NCBI GenBank assembly: GCA_049317265.1
Contig: JBMOIP010000007.1
Span: 69,194-133,193 of the forward strand
Direction: 5' to 3'
DNA length: 64,000 nt
From: Bacteroidales bacterium
Lineage (GTDB): Bacteria; Bacteroidota; Bacteroidia; Bacteroidales; FEN-979
Below are positions 55,247 through 64,000 of this stretch, in pieces. The position numbers and the translations under genes were made by a program. Each line of letters starts with the position of its first letter. Position 1 is the first letter of the stretch. The notes below the pieces were generated by a model. The model worked only from the letters and a program-made list of their open reading frames with translations, did no database searches and had not been told where the DNA came from.

Positions 55247-57490
55247 ATGAAAAAGTTACTTCTTCCGATTCTGTTCCTTTTGCTGGTACTGCCGGCGATA
55301 TCGCAGAATCTCATCACCATCACCGGTACCGTGACAGATAATGTTTCAGGCGCCCCGATTCCCAATCATGCCGTAGTCATTACGAATGACTCCACCGGCG
55401 GCTGGATTTATTACCAGACAGTATACACCGACATAAATGGAATTTATTTCGACTCGGTTTCCGTACCTGCCCCGGCAATGGGTGTAATTAATGTGCGTAC
55501 GATGGACTGTCAGAACTATTATCACCAGATCGTGTTAACCTACCAGCCCGCGGTGATGAATTTCACCGCAGATTTTTCAATATGTTATAACAGTATCCCT
55601 TGTGTTGCCAATTACACCACACAGCAAAGCCAGCCACTGGCCCTTCAGTTTATTGATGCCTCAACAGGCGGGCAGAACCTCAGGAACTGGATTTTTGGTG
55701 ATGGTTCTTCCTCAAATGAATTGAACCCCCTCCATATTTACCCCCAACCAGGATATTACACAGTCACACTTGAAATAGGGGCACCAGGAACCCCATGTTA
55801 TGATGCTCTTACGCAGCCTGTTTACGTGTGGGATTCTAACGCAGCCGGATGCCATGCTGCTTATACGGTTTATCCAGACACCTCGGGAACAGGTTACACC
55901 TTTCATTTTGCAGATCAATCCACAGGTAACATCATCTCCTGGGAGTGGAATTTTGACGATCCATGGAGCGGCGTCAACAACACCTCCACGCTGCAAAACC
56001 CCACTCATACTTATGCTGATCCCCGCGTCTACAGGCCTTGCTTAACAATTCACGGAGCCGACAGCACTTGTTACGATATTATTTGTGACACCCTGATCAT
56101 TGGGACACAACCAGCCTGCCATGCTGCCTTTACCTATTACACCGATTCTGTTAACACGCCAAACACAGTTCATTTCGTCGATTTATCCACCGGTAATATT
56201 GTCAACTGGGAGTGGAATTTTGGCGACGGCGGCACTTCAAACCTCCAGAATCCTGTTCATGTCTATCCCCAGGCAGGAACCTATGTTGTAACACTTACCG
56301 TGGGCAGTCCGAACCAGGCATGTTTCGACACCATGACTCAAACCATCATTGTCACAGCCGTTGGCCAGGGATGCCATGCTGATTACAGTTATGTGTGTTT
56401 TTTCACAAATTTCTATACGCTCTATTTCACCGATCTTTCAACAGGTAACCCAACCTCATGGATGTGGAGTTTTGGAGATGGCACTTCATCCAATATACAG
56501 AATCCCCAGCATTCATATTCAGGGCCCGGAACCTATTCAGTTTGTCTTACAATTACCGGGGACAGCTGCACCAATACTATTTGCAAGAATATTGTTGTAT
56601 CGGATACCGTGCTGAACCACCAGATCTACGGGCAGGTATTTGCAGGCAATTTCCCGATCAATCTTGGAATGGCCATGATCTTTTCCATTGACACCACCGG
56701 CAGCTATCAACCCTACGTAGCAACATGCCCGATCGATTCCAGCGGTATATATTATTTCACTTCTGTACCGACCGGAAGTTATTACATCCTTGCAATTCCA
56801 TTTGACTCAAACGGCTACCTGCCAACCTATTACGGAAACACCACCAACTGGGAAGCAGCAACACTGGTAACGCTTGGGACTGAAAACAATCCTTATAACA
56901 TCAACCTTGTATCGGCTATTCCAATGAATTACGGACCAGGTTCGGCTGGTGGCCAGATTAATATGGGCGGCCTGAAAACCGCTATGCTGGATAAAATAAA
57001 CATGATCCTTTATAATGACATGGGCCAGGCAGTTGGATTTACACAGGTTTCAGTTACCGGCACATTCAGCTTCCCGTCTCTTGCATATGGCACTTATTAC
57101 CTCCATCCTGAGATGCCGGGTATTACAAGTGAGACGATCATGATTGTTATTTCAGCGGAAAAGCCTCATGCTGATGTGGTAATGACCTTCAGCGGAAATA
57201 AGATCCTTGGAGTCCGCGATGAGTCAACCCTTGCAAACCGCTGGCTCGCCTACCCGAACCCGGTGTCGGACAATCTAACCATTAGCATCGACATGAAAAA
57301 GGAGGTAACCGCCCAAATCGGCATCTACAACCTTACAGGTCTCCTGGTTTCGAACACCGCAGTTACATTGAATTCCGGATCAAACACCATCGGAGTTCAT
57401 ACAGGTTCGCTGCCTTCAGGAATATACTCCGTCAGAATCAACTCAACTGAAGGGTTGATTTTAACCACCAAGATTGTTAAAACACGGTAG
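55247..57490 (+). CDS. T9SS cargo protein with four PKD repeats, CarboxypepD_reg-like domains and a Por C-terminal sorting domain
   Basis: The signal peptide is MKKLLLPILFLLLVLPAISQ. The repeats are of the form F.D.STG....W.W.FGDG..S...NP.H.Y...G.Y.V.LT. The CTD is WLAYPNPVSDNLTISI...GIYSVRINS. Confidence 0.85.
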   Translation: MKKLLLPILFLLLVLPAISQNLITITGTVTDNVSGAPIPNHAVVITNDSTGGWIYYQTVYTDINGIYFDSVSVPAPAMGVINVRTMDCQNYYHQIVLTYQPAVMNFTADFSICYNSIPCVANYTTQQSQPLALQFIDASTGGQNLRNWIFGDGSSSNELNPLHIYPQPGYYTVTLEIGAPGTPCYDALTQPVYVWDSNAAGCHAAYTVYPDTSGTGYTFHFADQSTGNIISWEWNFDDPWSGVNNTSTLQNPTHTYADPRVYRPCLTIHGADSTCYDIICDTLIIGTQPACHAAFTYYTDSVNTPNTVHFVDLSTGNIVNWEWNFGDGGTSNLQNPVHVYPQAGTYVVTLTVGSPNQACFDTMTQTIIVTAVGQGCHADYSYVCFFTNFYTLYFTDLSTGNPTSWMWSFGDGTSSNIQNPQHSYSGPGTYSVCLTITGDSCTNTICKNIVVSDTVLNHQIYGQVFAGNFPINLGMAMIFSIDTTGSYQPYVATCPIDSSGIYYFTSVPTGSYYILAIPFDSNGYLPTYYGNTTNWEAATLVTLGTENNPYNINLVSAIPMNYGPGSAGGQINMGGLKTAMLDKINMILYNDMGQAVGFTQVSVTGTFSFPSLAYGTYYLHPEMPGITSETIMIVISAEKPHADVVMTFSGNKILGVRDESTLANRWLAYPNPVSDNLTISIDMKKEVTAQIGIYNLTGLLVSNTAVTLNSGSNTIGVHTGSLPSGIYSVRINSTEGLILTTKIVKTR

Positions 57491-57507
57491 TATCTTAAAT
57501 TCCCTTG

Positions 57508-57548
57508 AAAAAGCGTCGTTCAAACACCGGAACGACGCTTTTTTTTTA
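57508..57548 (+). terminator. Intrinsic terminator after the first PKD protein gene
   Basis: A 9-bp stem AGCGTCGTT / AACGACGCT is extended by A/T pairs and followed by a T9 run. Confidence 0.8.
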
Positions 57549-57694
57549 CTATTTTCGTTCATCAGTTTTAATACCCTGAATTTCAAAGAAAAAAGGGCAA
57601 ATAACAGGCAACTTTTCATGTTTCGCCGGGTCTAATATGAGAAACCTCAAAATATTTCCCTCTTCCTTTCTTGTTTATTTCAATATTAAACCCC

Positions 57695-60600
57695 ATGAAA
57701 AACAAATTACAACAATTCAAGGTAAAAGCAGTAATTTTCCTGTTAGTGATGGTATTTTCCCACCCGGGAATCAGCCAGACAACCCTTTTTACGGAAAACT
57801 GGGAAGCAGCAACCATCGGCCAGACTCCTCCCCCGGGCTGGGCCGTTGATCTTGTTTCCGGCGCCAACTACACCTATTTTCTGCAGGCAGGCAGTTTCCC
57901 CACCTGTACTCCATTCCTTGGCGCCAGGATGGTTGAATTTAAATCGTTTAATGCATTGGCCGGTGTATCAAACCGCCTTAAGATGACCACACCGGTATCA
58001 ACGGCCGGGTTTGTCGCTGTTTCTGTTGATTTTGAATGGCTTGCCACACCAGGATACCCGGGAGTCAGCGACAATGTAGCTGTGCAGTGGTCAACCAATG
58101 GAACCAACTGGACAACTGCGGCAACTTTCGCTCGTTCCAATAGCGCCAATACATGGATTTATGAATCAATCCTGCTGCCACCTGCAGCTACCAATCAACC
58201 AACCCTCTATGTTGCCTTACAGTTTACTTCGGCATATGGAGAAAATTGTCATCTCGACCTGCTCCACATCAAGGGATACTTGACAATGCCATTGCCTCCG
58301 ACCGTGACCACACTGCAGCCTTCATGGGTTGGTTCCCAAAATGCCTACCTGTCGGCAACCGTCAATGCCAACGGAGAACAAACAAATACCTACTTTCAAT
58401 ACGGACTTACAACTGCTTATGGATCAACAATTTCATCAGGGAGCGTAACAGGCAACACCTTGAATTATATCTATGCCAATCCATACCCTCTCATTCCAGG
58501 TCACCTTTACCATTGCAGGGCGGTGGGGACAAATGTGGGAGGAACCATCTATGGAAATGATGTAACATTCACTACCTCTGACACTTTACCGGAAGTATTC
58601 ACCTATAGTCCATCAGACATCACTGCTTCCGGTGCCACCTTGCATGGAATGGTTTATCCCAATGGATCCAATACCTCAGTCACTTTCGATTATGGACTCA
58701 CCTCAGGTTATGGATCAACGATAACCGCTACACCTGCCATCGTACCGGGCGATTCGACCCATTATGCAGTTGGTGCGGTGCTTACCGGCCTAACTCCAGT
58801 CACGACCTATCATTGCCGCATAAAAGGAGTAAACTCTTATGGAACCGGGTATGGTATGGATACGGTCTTTACAACCAACGGTACAGTCCCTGCAATGGTC
58901 ATCACCAACAATGCGACCTCTATCACCTCTACCGGTGCAACGCTAAATGGTCATGTTAATGCGAACGGAACACCTACCGATGTAACCTTTCAGTATGGAT
59001 TAACACCTGCTTACGGATCAACGGCAACAGTTTATACAGTTTATGGGAATATCATGGAACCGGTGAGTAAGCCTATTAGCGGGCTTTTACCCGGAACCTT
59101 GTACCATTTCAGAGCAGTTGGTGTAAATGCTAATGGAACGACCTATGGCGCTGACAGTGTATTCACAACCAATGTCCTGCTGCCACCCACGGTGACGACG
59201 AACCCTTCTCCAATGGCCGGAGCAACCTATGCCATCGTTTCCGGGACCTTCAATGCAAACGGAAACCAGACATTGGCATCTTTTGATTATGGTTTGACCA
59301 CTGCATACGGACTGTATAATAATTACGGAAATATTAACGGAAACACGCCAATTACTTTAAATACTGCTATTTACAACCTGTTGCCTAGCCATGTTTACCA
59401 TTTCCGGGCGGTTGGTTCCAATGTTGGAGGCACCACCTATGGTAATGATCTAACCTTTACCACTTCAGATACTCTACCGGCAGTATTTACATATCATGCC
59501 ACCAATATCGGCCTGACGACTGCCACATTGAACGGAAGAGTCTATCCAATGGGTTCTGCTACCACCATTTCATTTAATTATGGACTGACCACCAGCTATG
59601 GTTCAAGCATATCTGCCACCCCATCCACCATCCCCGGTGATTCCGTAACAACGTGGGCCAGCGCGAACCTTACGGGCCTGTTACCTAACACAACTTACCA
59701 TTATCAAATTAAAGGAGTCAATGCAACCGGCTCCTCTTTTGGGCTGGATTCGATATTTACCACAACCGGGGCTCTGCCAACTGTTATCACCAACGGTGCC
59801 TATTTCGCAACTGCTACAAATGCCGGCGTGAGCGGATTTGTCAATCCGAATGGGTCGGCCACCACGGTTTCATTTCAATACGGATTGACTCCTGCGTACG
59901 GCTCTGTAATTAATTCCGGCACATTCAACGGCAACTCGATGATCTATGTCAACGACCAGCTTTTCAACCTTATCCCGTCGACCCTATACCACTTCAGGAT
60001 CGTGGGGACCAATGACGGTGGTACTGTATATGGCCATGACACGACATTTATGACATCCGACAGCCTCCCCTGCAATGCCGTTATGTCATATGCAAGTACC
60101 GGCCCAAGGACACTGCAGTTCCATGATAATTCGACGGGAGGAGACCACAACTCCTGGTGGGAATTTGGCGACGGAAACTTTTCAACGGAGCCGAACCCAC
60201 TTCATACCTATGCTACTACCGGTGATTACGAGGTGTTTCTCAGGATCATCAGCAATGGTATCATTTACTGTTATGACTCCATTACACAGGTAGTCCATGT
60301 GGGAGATACCGTTTTACCCTGTCACTCACAGTTTACCTGGGCACATGATTCACTGAATTCCAGCATCATCCATTTTACCAACCTTTCCACCGGGAACTTC
60401 ACCTACTATCATTGGAATTTTGGTGACGGATCTGCCTCCACAGTTGCCAATCCGACCCATAACTTCGCCGTACCGGGCAACTATAATGTTTGCCTCACCA
60501 TATACAGCCAGGGTTGCCAGGATGTCTCCTGCATGACCGTCACGGTTACAGGAAGCCCGGGCCATCAAATTTACGGACAGGTTTTTGCGGATGGAATCCC

Positions 60601-61435
60601 CATCCAGACAGGGGTTGTCAACCTCTTTTCGGTCGACACGATTGCCCCTTATAATCCCTATCTCGACATCAGTAACATTGACACAAACGGCACCTACCAG
60701 TTCACAATGGTACCGGAAGGAGATTACTATGTGAATGCCATTCCGGTTGGGGTTCCCGGATACCTGCCGACTTTTTACGGGGATGTACTTTTCTGGGAAG
60801 AAGCCTCTGTGATCCACCTTGGAACGGAGAGCAATCCCTACGACATCCATCTTGTAAATGGTGCACCTTCGATGCCCGGCAGCGGTGGCATCAACGGACA
60901 AATCAACACTTCCGGGCTGAAAACCAACTATGTGGAGAAGATATCGATGTTGCTCATGAACTCCAACGGCACAGCCATCCGTTATGGCCTGGTGGATAAC
61001 GGGGGGCAGTTTGCCTTTTCATCCATGGCTTACGGGACATACTACCTTAAAGCGGAAATGGCAGGCATTGCAAGTGAACTTATTAAAGTCATACTGTCTC
61101 AGGAAAATCCAAATCCTTCGGTAACCATGACTTTTACAGGCAGCAGTGTTACAGGAATACAGGGTTCCCCCGCTATAATTAACTCCTGGATCGTATATCC
61201 GAATCCTGTAACTGACCATGTGACCATCAGCCTGGAAACGAAACAGGAGTTGCAGATAAAATTGGATATCAGGAAGATAACCGGTGAATTACTGTCGGCC
61301 AGGGATGCAATTTTAATCAAAGGCAGTAACACTGTTTCAATGTCAACTTCAGAATTGCAAGCGGGGATATATATTCTGCATCTCGGATCAAAGGATGGAG
61401 CGGATGTCTATACCAAGTTTATAAAGACCAGATAA
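57695..61435 (+). CDS. Giant T9SS cargo protein: choice-of-anchor-J/MAM-like head, six Fn3-like repeats, two PKD repeats, CarboxypepD_reg-like domains, Por CTD
   Basis: The signal peptide MKNKLQQFKVKAVIFLLVMVFSHPGISQ starts at ATG 57695 (the track start at 57671 is a TTG). ENWEAATIGQTPPPGW follows. Six ~98-aa units carry the (F/Y)(D/Q/N)YGLT..YGS...Y(H)(C/F)R..G.N..G..YG.D..FTT motif. The CTD is WIVYPNPVTDHVTISL...GIYILHLGS. Confidence 0.85.
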   Translation: MKNKLQQFKVKAVIFLLVMVFSHPGISQTTLFTENWEAATIGQTPPPGWAVDLVSGANYTYFLQAGSFPTCTPFLGARMVEFKSFNALAGVSNRLKMTTPVSTAGFVAVSVDFEWLATPGYPGVSDNVAVQWSTNGTNWTTAATFARSNSANTWIYESILLPPAATNQPTLYVALQFTSAYGENCHLDLLHIKGYLTMPLPPTVTTLQPSWVGSQNAYLSATVNANGEQTNTYFQYGLTTAYGSTISSGSVTGNTLNYIYANPYPLIPGHLYHCRAVGTNVGGTIYGNDVTFTTSDTLPEVFTYSPSDITASGATLHGMVYPNGSNTSVTFDYGLTSGYGSTITATPAIVPGDSTHYAVGAVLTGLTPVTTYHCRIKGVNSYGTGYGMDTVFTTNGTVPAMVITNNATSITSTGATLNGHVNANGTPTDVTFQYGLTPAYGSTATVYTVYGNIMEPVSKPISGLLPGTLYHFRAVGVNANGTTYGADSVFTTNVLLPPTVTTNPSPMAGATYAIVSGTFNANGNQTLASFDYGLTTAYGLYNNYGNINGNTPITLNTAIYNLLPSHVYHFRAVGSNVGGTTYGNDLTFTTSDTLPAVFTYHATNIGLTTATLNGRVYPMGSATTISFNYGLTTSYGSSISATPSTIPGDSVTTWASANLTGLLPNTTYHYQIKGVNATGSSFGLDSIFTTTGALPTVITNGAYFATATNAGVSGFVNPNGSATTVSFQYGLTPAYGSVINSGTFNGNSMIYVNDQLFNLIPSTLYHFRIVGTNDGGTVYGHDTTFMTSDSLPCNAVMSYASTGPRTLQFHDNSTGGDHNSWWEFGDGNFSTEPNPLHTYATTGDYEVFLRIISNGIIYCYDSITQVVHVGDTVLPCHSQFTWAHDSLNSSIIHFTNLSTGNFTYYHWNFGDGSASTVANPTHNFAVPGNYNVCLTIYSQGCQDVSCMTVTVTGSPGHQIYGQVFADGIPIQTGVVNLFSVDTIAPYNPYLDISNIDTNGTYQFTMVPEGDYYVNAIPVGVPGYLPTFYGDVLFWEEASVIHLGTESNPYDIHLVNGAPSMPGSGGINGQINTSGLKTNYVEKISMLLMNSNGTAIRYGLVDNGGQFAFSSMAYGTYYLKAEMAGIASELIKVILSQENPNPSVTMTFTGSSVTGIQGSPAIINSWIVYPNPVTDHVTISLETKQELQIKLDIRKITGELLSARDAILIKGSNTVSMSTSELQAGIYILHLGSKDGADVYTKFIKTR
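58292..60061 (+). repeat. Intragenic tandem repeat: six ~295-nt Fn3-like modules organised as a duplicated three-module block (A-B-C-A'-B'-C')
   Basis: Module 1 resembles module 4 (LPPTVTT...FTTSDTLP), module 2 resembles 5 (VFTY...FTT.G..P) and module 3 resembles 6. Each of these pairs is more alike than neighbouring modules are. Confidence 0.85.
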
Positions 61436-61529
61436 TCAAACTGCTATATTAATTTAAAGCCTATGGGGCGCTAATAGCCCAGATTGCCGGGAATTTGCCT
61501 CCTGGTCATGGCCTTAAAACAATTCAAAA

Positions 61530-61571
61530 CCCTGCCGGAAATGAACCTCCCGACAGGGTTTATTTGTTTAT
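61530..61571 (+). terminator. Probable intrinsic terminator after the giant T9SS protein gene
   Basis: CCCTGCCGG-11 nt-CCGACAGGG (one mismatch) is followed by TTTATTTGTTT. Confidence 0.45.
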
Positions 61572-61589
61572 ATTTTCACAAACTTTTGG

Positions 61590-61597
61590 TACTTTTG
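61590..61597 (+). promoter_or_regulatory. -7 promoter box (TACTTTTG) for gcvP
   Basis: It lies 34 nt upstream of ATG 61632. Confidence 0.5.
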
Positions 61598-61631
61598 CAC
61601 CTCATTCGATAATCCTCAAAAACCTTCCCAC

Positions 61632-64000
61632 ATGATCAACAATAACTTTGCACGGCGACACAACGGGCCATTCGGCGATGAGATCAATAAGATGCTTGAA
61701 AAGATCGGAGTTAAATCCATTGATGAGCTTATCGATCAGACAGTTCCATCCACCATCCGGATGAAAGCGCCACTCGACCTTCCTGTCGGCATGAATGAAT
61801 ATCAATACCTGAATCATATCAAATCCATCGGGGCAAAGAACAAATTGTACAAGAGTTTCATCGGGATGGGTTATTATGACACCATTGTTCCTGCGGTCAT
61901 TTTAAGGAACATCCTTGAAAACCCGGGATGGTACACTGCCTATACACCTTACCAGGCAGAAATTTCCCAGGGAAGGTTGGAAGCATTGCTGAATTTCCAG
62001 ACCATGGTTTGCGATCTTACAGCCATGCCAATTGCCAACGCATCCTTGCTCGACGAAGGCACAGCAGCTTCCGAAGCCATGATCATGCTCTTCAACAGCC
62101 GGTCGCGCGATGCGGTTAAGCGGGGCGCCAACCAGTTCTTTGTCTCCAAAAACCTCTTTCCGCAATCGATCGACGTGATCCGTACCCGTGCCATTCCCCT
62201 TGGCATTGAGATTATTATAGGCAGACAGAATGAATTCACCTTTAACGATATGGTTTTCGGAAGTGTGATCCAGTATCCGAACCAGCGGGGAGTAGTCTGC
62301 GATTTCGCCTCATTTGTCGAAAAAGCCCACCAGGCAGGTTCCATGGTTGCGGTAGCCGCCGATCTGCTGAGTCTCACCATGCTCACCCCACCGGGAGAAT
62401 GGGGTGCCGATATCGTTTTCGGATCAACACAACGCTTTGGTATTCCGATGGGTTACGGCGGTCCTCACGCTGCATTTTTTGCCACCCGTGATGAGTACAA
62501 ACGGCAAATGCCCGGCCGCATTATCGGAATTTCTGTGGATGCAAACGGCAACCGTGCCTTGCGCATGGCCCTGCAAACCCGTGAGCAACACATCAAACGC
62601 GAAAAAGCCACCTCCAACATCTGCACATCCCAGGTTCTGCTTGCCGTAATGGCCGGGATGTACGCCGTATATCATGGACCAAAAGGCCTCAGGCAGATTG
62701 CCCGTCACATCAACATCCTGGCCGGAGTTTTTGCCCAGGAGGTCGTGAAATACGGTTATCGCCAGGTGAACGACTATTTCTTTGACACAGTGGTGGTTGA
62801 ACTACCTGCAGGCGTATCTGCCGAATCAATCCGCAAAGCCGCCCTCGAGCACTCCATGAACCTCCGCTATATCAGTGAGCAGCGCATTGGTGTGAGCATC
62901 GATGAGACAACAGCGCTTTCCGACATCAACACCCTGGTGAAAATTTTCGCGACGGCAAACGGGAAAACATATGCTGAATTTATCTGCAACCCGGCCGAGT
63001 GTGAACTGATCACCACCATTCCCCCACAGCTCACCCGTACCTCGGATTTCCTGACCCATAAGGTATTCAACAGCTACCACTCCGAAACAGAGATGATGCG
63101 GTATCTCAAGAAGCTTGAAATTAAAGACCTTTCGCTGAACCGTTCGATGATCCCGCTGGGCTCATGCACCATGAAACTCAATGCTGCCTCGGAACTCTTC
63201 GCGTTGAGTTACCCTGAATTCGGAGGCATCCATCCGTTCGTGCCGAAAGACCAGGCAGCCGGATACCAGTTCCTTATCGAAGAACTTGCAAAGGATCTGG
63301 CCACCATAACGGGTTTCGACTCTGTTTCGTTCATGCCCAATTCCGGCGCTGCGGGAGAGTATGCCGGGCTGATGGTCATTCGTCAATACCATATCTCACG
63401 CGGGGATACTCACCGTGATGTATGCATCATTCCATCTTCGGCCCATGGCACAAACCCGGCCAGTGCAGCCATGGCCGGCATGAAGGTAGTAGTTGTTAAA
63501 TGCGATGAGAAAGGGAACATTGATGTGAATGACCTTCGCGAAAAAGCCATTCAGTACAAAGAGACCCTGTCGTCGCTGATGGTCACTTATCCTTCGACAC
63601 ACGGCGTATTTGAAGAAGAGATACTGGATATCATCAATATCATTCATGAGAATGGCGGGCAGGTATATATGGACGGTGCCAACATGAACGCACAAGTCGG
63701 TTTGACAAATCCCGGTATCATCAAGGCTGACGTCTGCCACCTGAACCTCCATAAGACCTTTGCCATTCCACATGGCGGCGGCGGACCAGGTGAAGGCCCG
63801 ATTGCTGTTGCGAAACACCTCTCGCCTTTCCTTCCGAAACATGTTTGTGTTGAAACAGGCGGAGACCAGGGAATTACAGCCGTTGCATCTGCTCCCTACG
63901 GCAGTGCCCTCGTCCTCACGATCTCCTATGCCTACATCAAGCTGATGGGTGGTGGAGGACTAACTGAAGCAACGAAAATGGCCATTCTGAATGCCAATTA
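61632..64000 (+). CDS. gcvP: Glycine dehydrogenase (aminomethyl-transferring), single-chain GcvP; 3' end outside window
   Basis: My own translation from ATG 61632 is [39 protein letters not shown]...[69 protein letters not shown].... The frame stays open to base 64000. It is absent from the track because no stop codon is reached. Confidence 0.95.
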   Translation, partial: MINNNFARRHNGPFGDEINKMLEKIGVKSIDELIDQTVPSTIRMKAPLDLPVGMNEYQYLNHIKSIGAKNKLYKSFIGMGYYDTIVPAVILRNILENPGWYTAYTPYQAEISQGRLEALLNFQTMVCDLTAMPIANASLLDEGTAASEAMIMLFNSRSRDAVKRGANQFFVSKNLFPQSIDVIRTRAIPLGIEIIIGRQNEFTFNDMVFGSVIQYPNQRGVVCDFASFVEKAHQAGSMVAVAADLLSLTMLTPPGEWGADIVFGSTQRFGIPMGYGGPHAAFFATRDEYKRQMPGRIIGISVDANGNRALRMALQTREQHIKREKATSNICTSQVLLAVMAGMYAVYHGPKGLRQIARHINILAGVFAQEVVKYGYRQVNDYFFDTVVVELPAGVSAESIRKAALEHSMNLRYISEQRIGVSIDETTALSDINTLVKIFATANGKTYAEFICNPAECELITTIPPQLTRTSDFLTHKVFNSYHSETEMMRYLKKLEIKDLSLNRSMIPLGSCTMKLNAASELFALSYPEFGGIHPFVPKDQAAGYQFLIEELAKDLATITGFDSVSFMPNSGAAGEYAGLMVIRQYHISRGDTHRDVCIIPSSAHGTNPASAAMAGMKVVVVKCDEKGNIDVNDLREKAIQYKETLSSLMVTYPSTHGVFEEEILDIINIIHENGGQVYMDGANMNAQVGLTNPGIIKADVCHLNLHKTFAIPHGGGGPGEGPIAVAKHLSPFLPKHVCVETGGDQGITAVASAPYGSALVLTISYAYIKLMGGGGLTEATKMAILNAN

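Noticed and set aside
53053-57646. A shared ECF-type promoter: G(G/A)AAC(C/A) at ~53053, ~55184 and ~57641, upstream of the sigma gene and both large genes
   Set aside because: The -35-like pentamer is short. I could not find a consistent -10 element at a fixed spacing in the three copies, so this is not supportable by eye.
60350-60901. A 183-aa minus-strand ORF inside the giant T9SS protein gene
   Set aside because: It is an antisense shadow ORF. The sense frame aligns with the paralogous gene upstream.
61436-61631. A possible glycine riboswitch upstream of gcvP
   Set aside because: The spacer lacks the conserved GGAGAG...CACCG-type cores. It is explained by a terminator plus a TAnnTTTG promoter box.
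61902-63842. Several minus-strand ORFs of 76-148 aa in the last 2 kb
   Set aside because: All are antisense to gcvP, whose frame is open from 61632 to the window edge and encodes unmistakable glycine dehydrogenase motifs.

Overview
This window looks like a mostly housekeeping and envelope-biogenesis stretch of a Bacteroidota chromosome. Three things support that assignment: several proteins end in type IX secretion (T9SS) C-terminal sorting domains, 18 TAnnTTTG '-7' promoter boxes sit just upstream of genes, and a ribosomal protein THX gene is present. I support about 47 protein genes. They include rsmE, hup, fmt, trmH, THX, rsmG, an OPT transporter, pepD, rpmH, wecB, gyrB, a MacA/MacB-permease/TolC-like efflux set, peroxiredoxin, mazG, proS, lpxK, PNP, dnaB, folA, thyA, nupG, hppA, an ECF sigma factor and gcvP. 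There is also one RNase P RNA (rnpB). Two genes are missing from the supplied ORF track: rpmH (53 aa) and gcvP, which runs off the 3' edge. I found no CRISPR array, transposase, integrase, prophage or recognisable defence or biosynthetic cluster, so the window is not obviously an accessory island. The observations most worth a second look are: (1) a lipoprotein with an extreme Gly/Tyr/Trp core and an SYS-P-RS/RGG-like tail, encoded next to a FadL-like beta-barrel; (2) a 14-unit 8-bp tandem array filling the spacer in front of a T9SS M14 carboxypeptidase; (3) three long imperfect palindromic intergenic elements, two of them clearly one family; (4) an ECF sigma factor with no ATG start, coupled to a TM-anchored beta-barrel protein and followed by two paralogous giant T9SS proteins, one carrying an ABCABC Fn3-like super-repeat; (5) a receiver-domain protein that lacks the phospho-acceptor Asp, directly upstream of lpxK; (6) an orphan PqqD/RRE-like gene between a peptide transporter and a dipeptidase. 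All functional calls come from reading motifs by eye; no database search was run.
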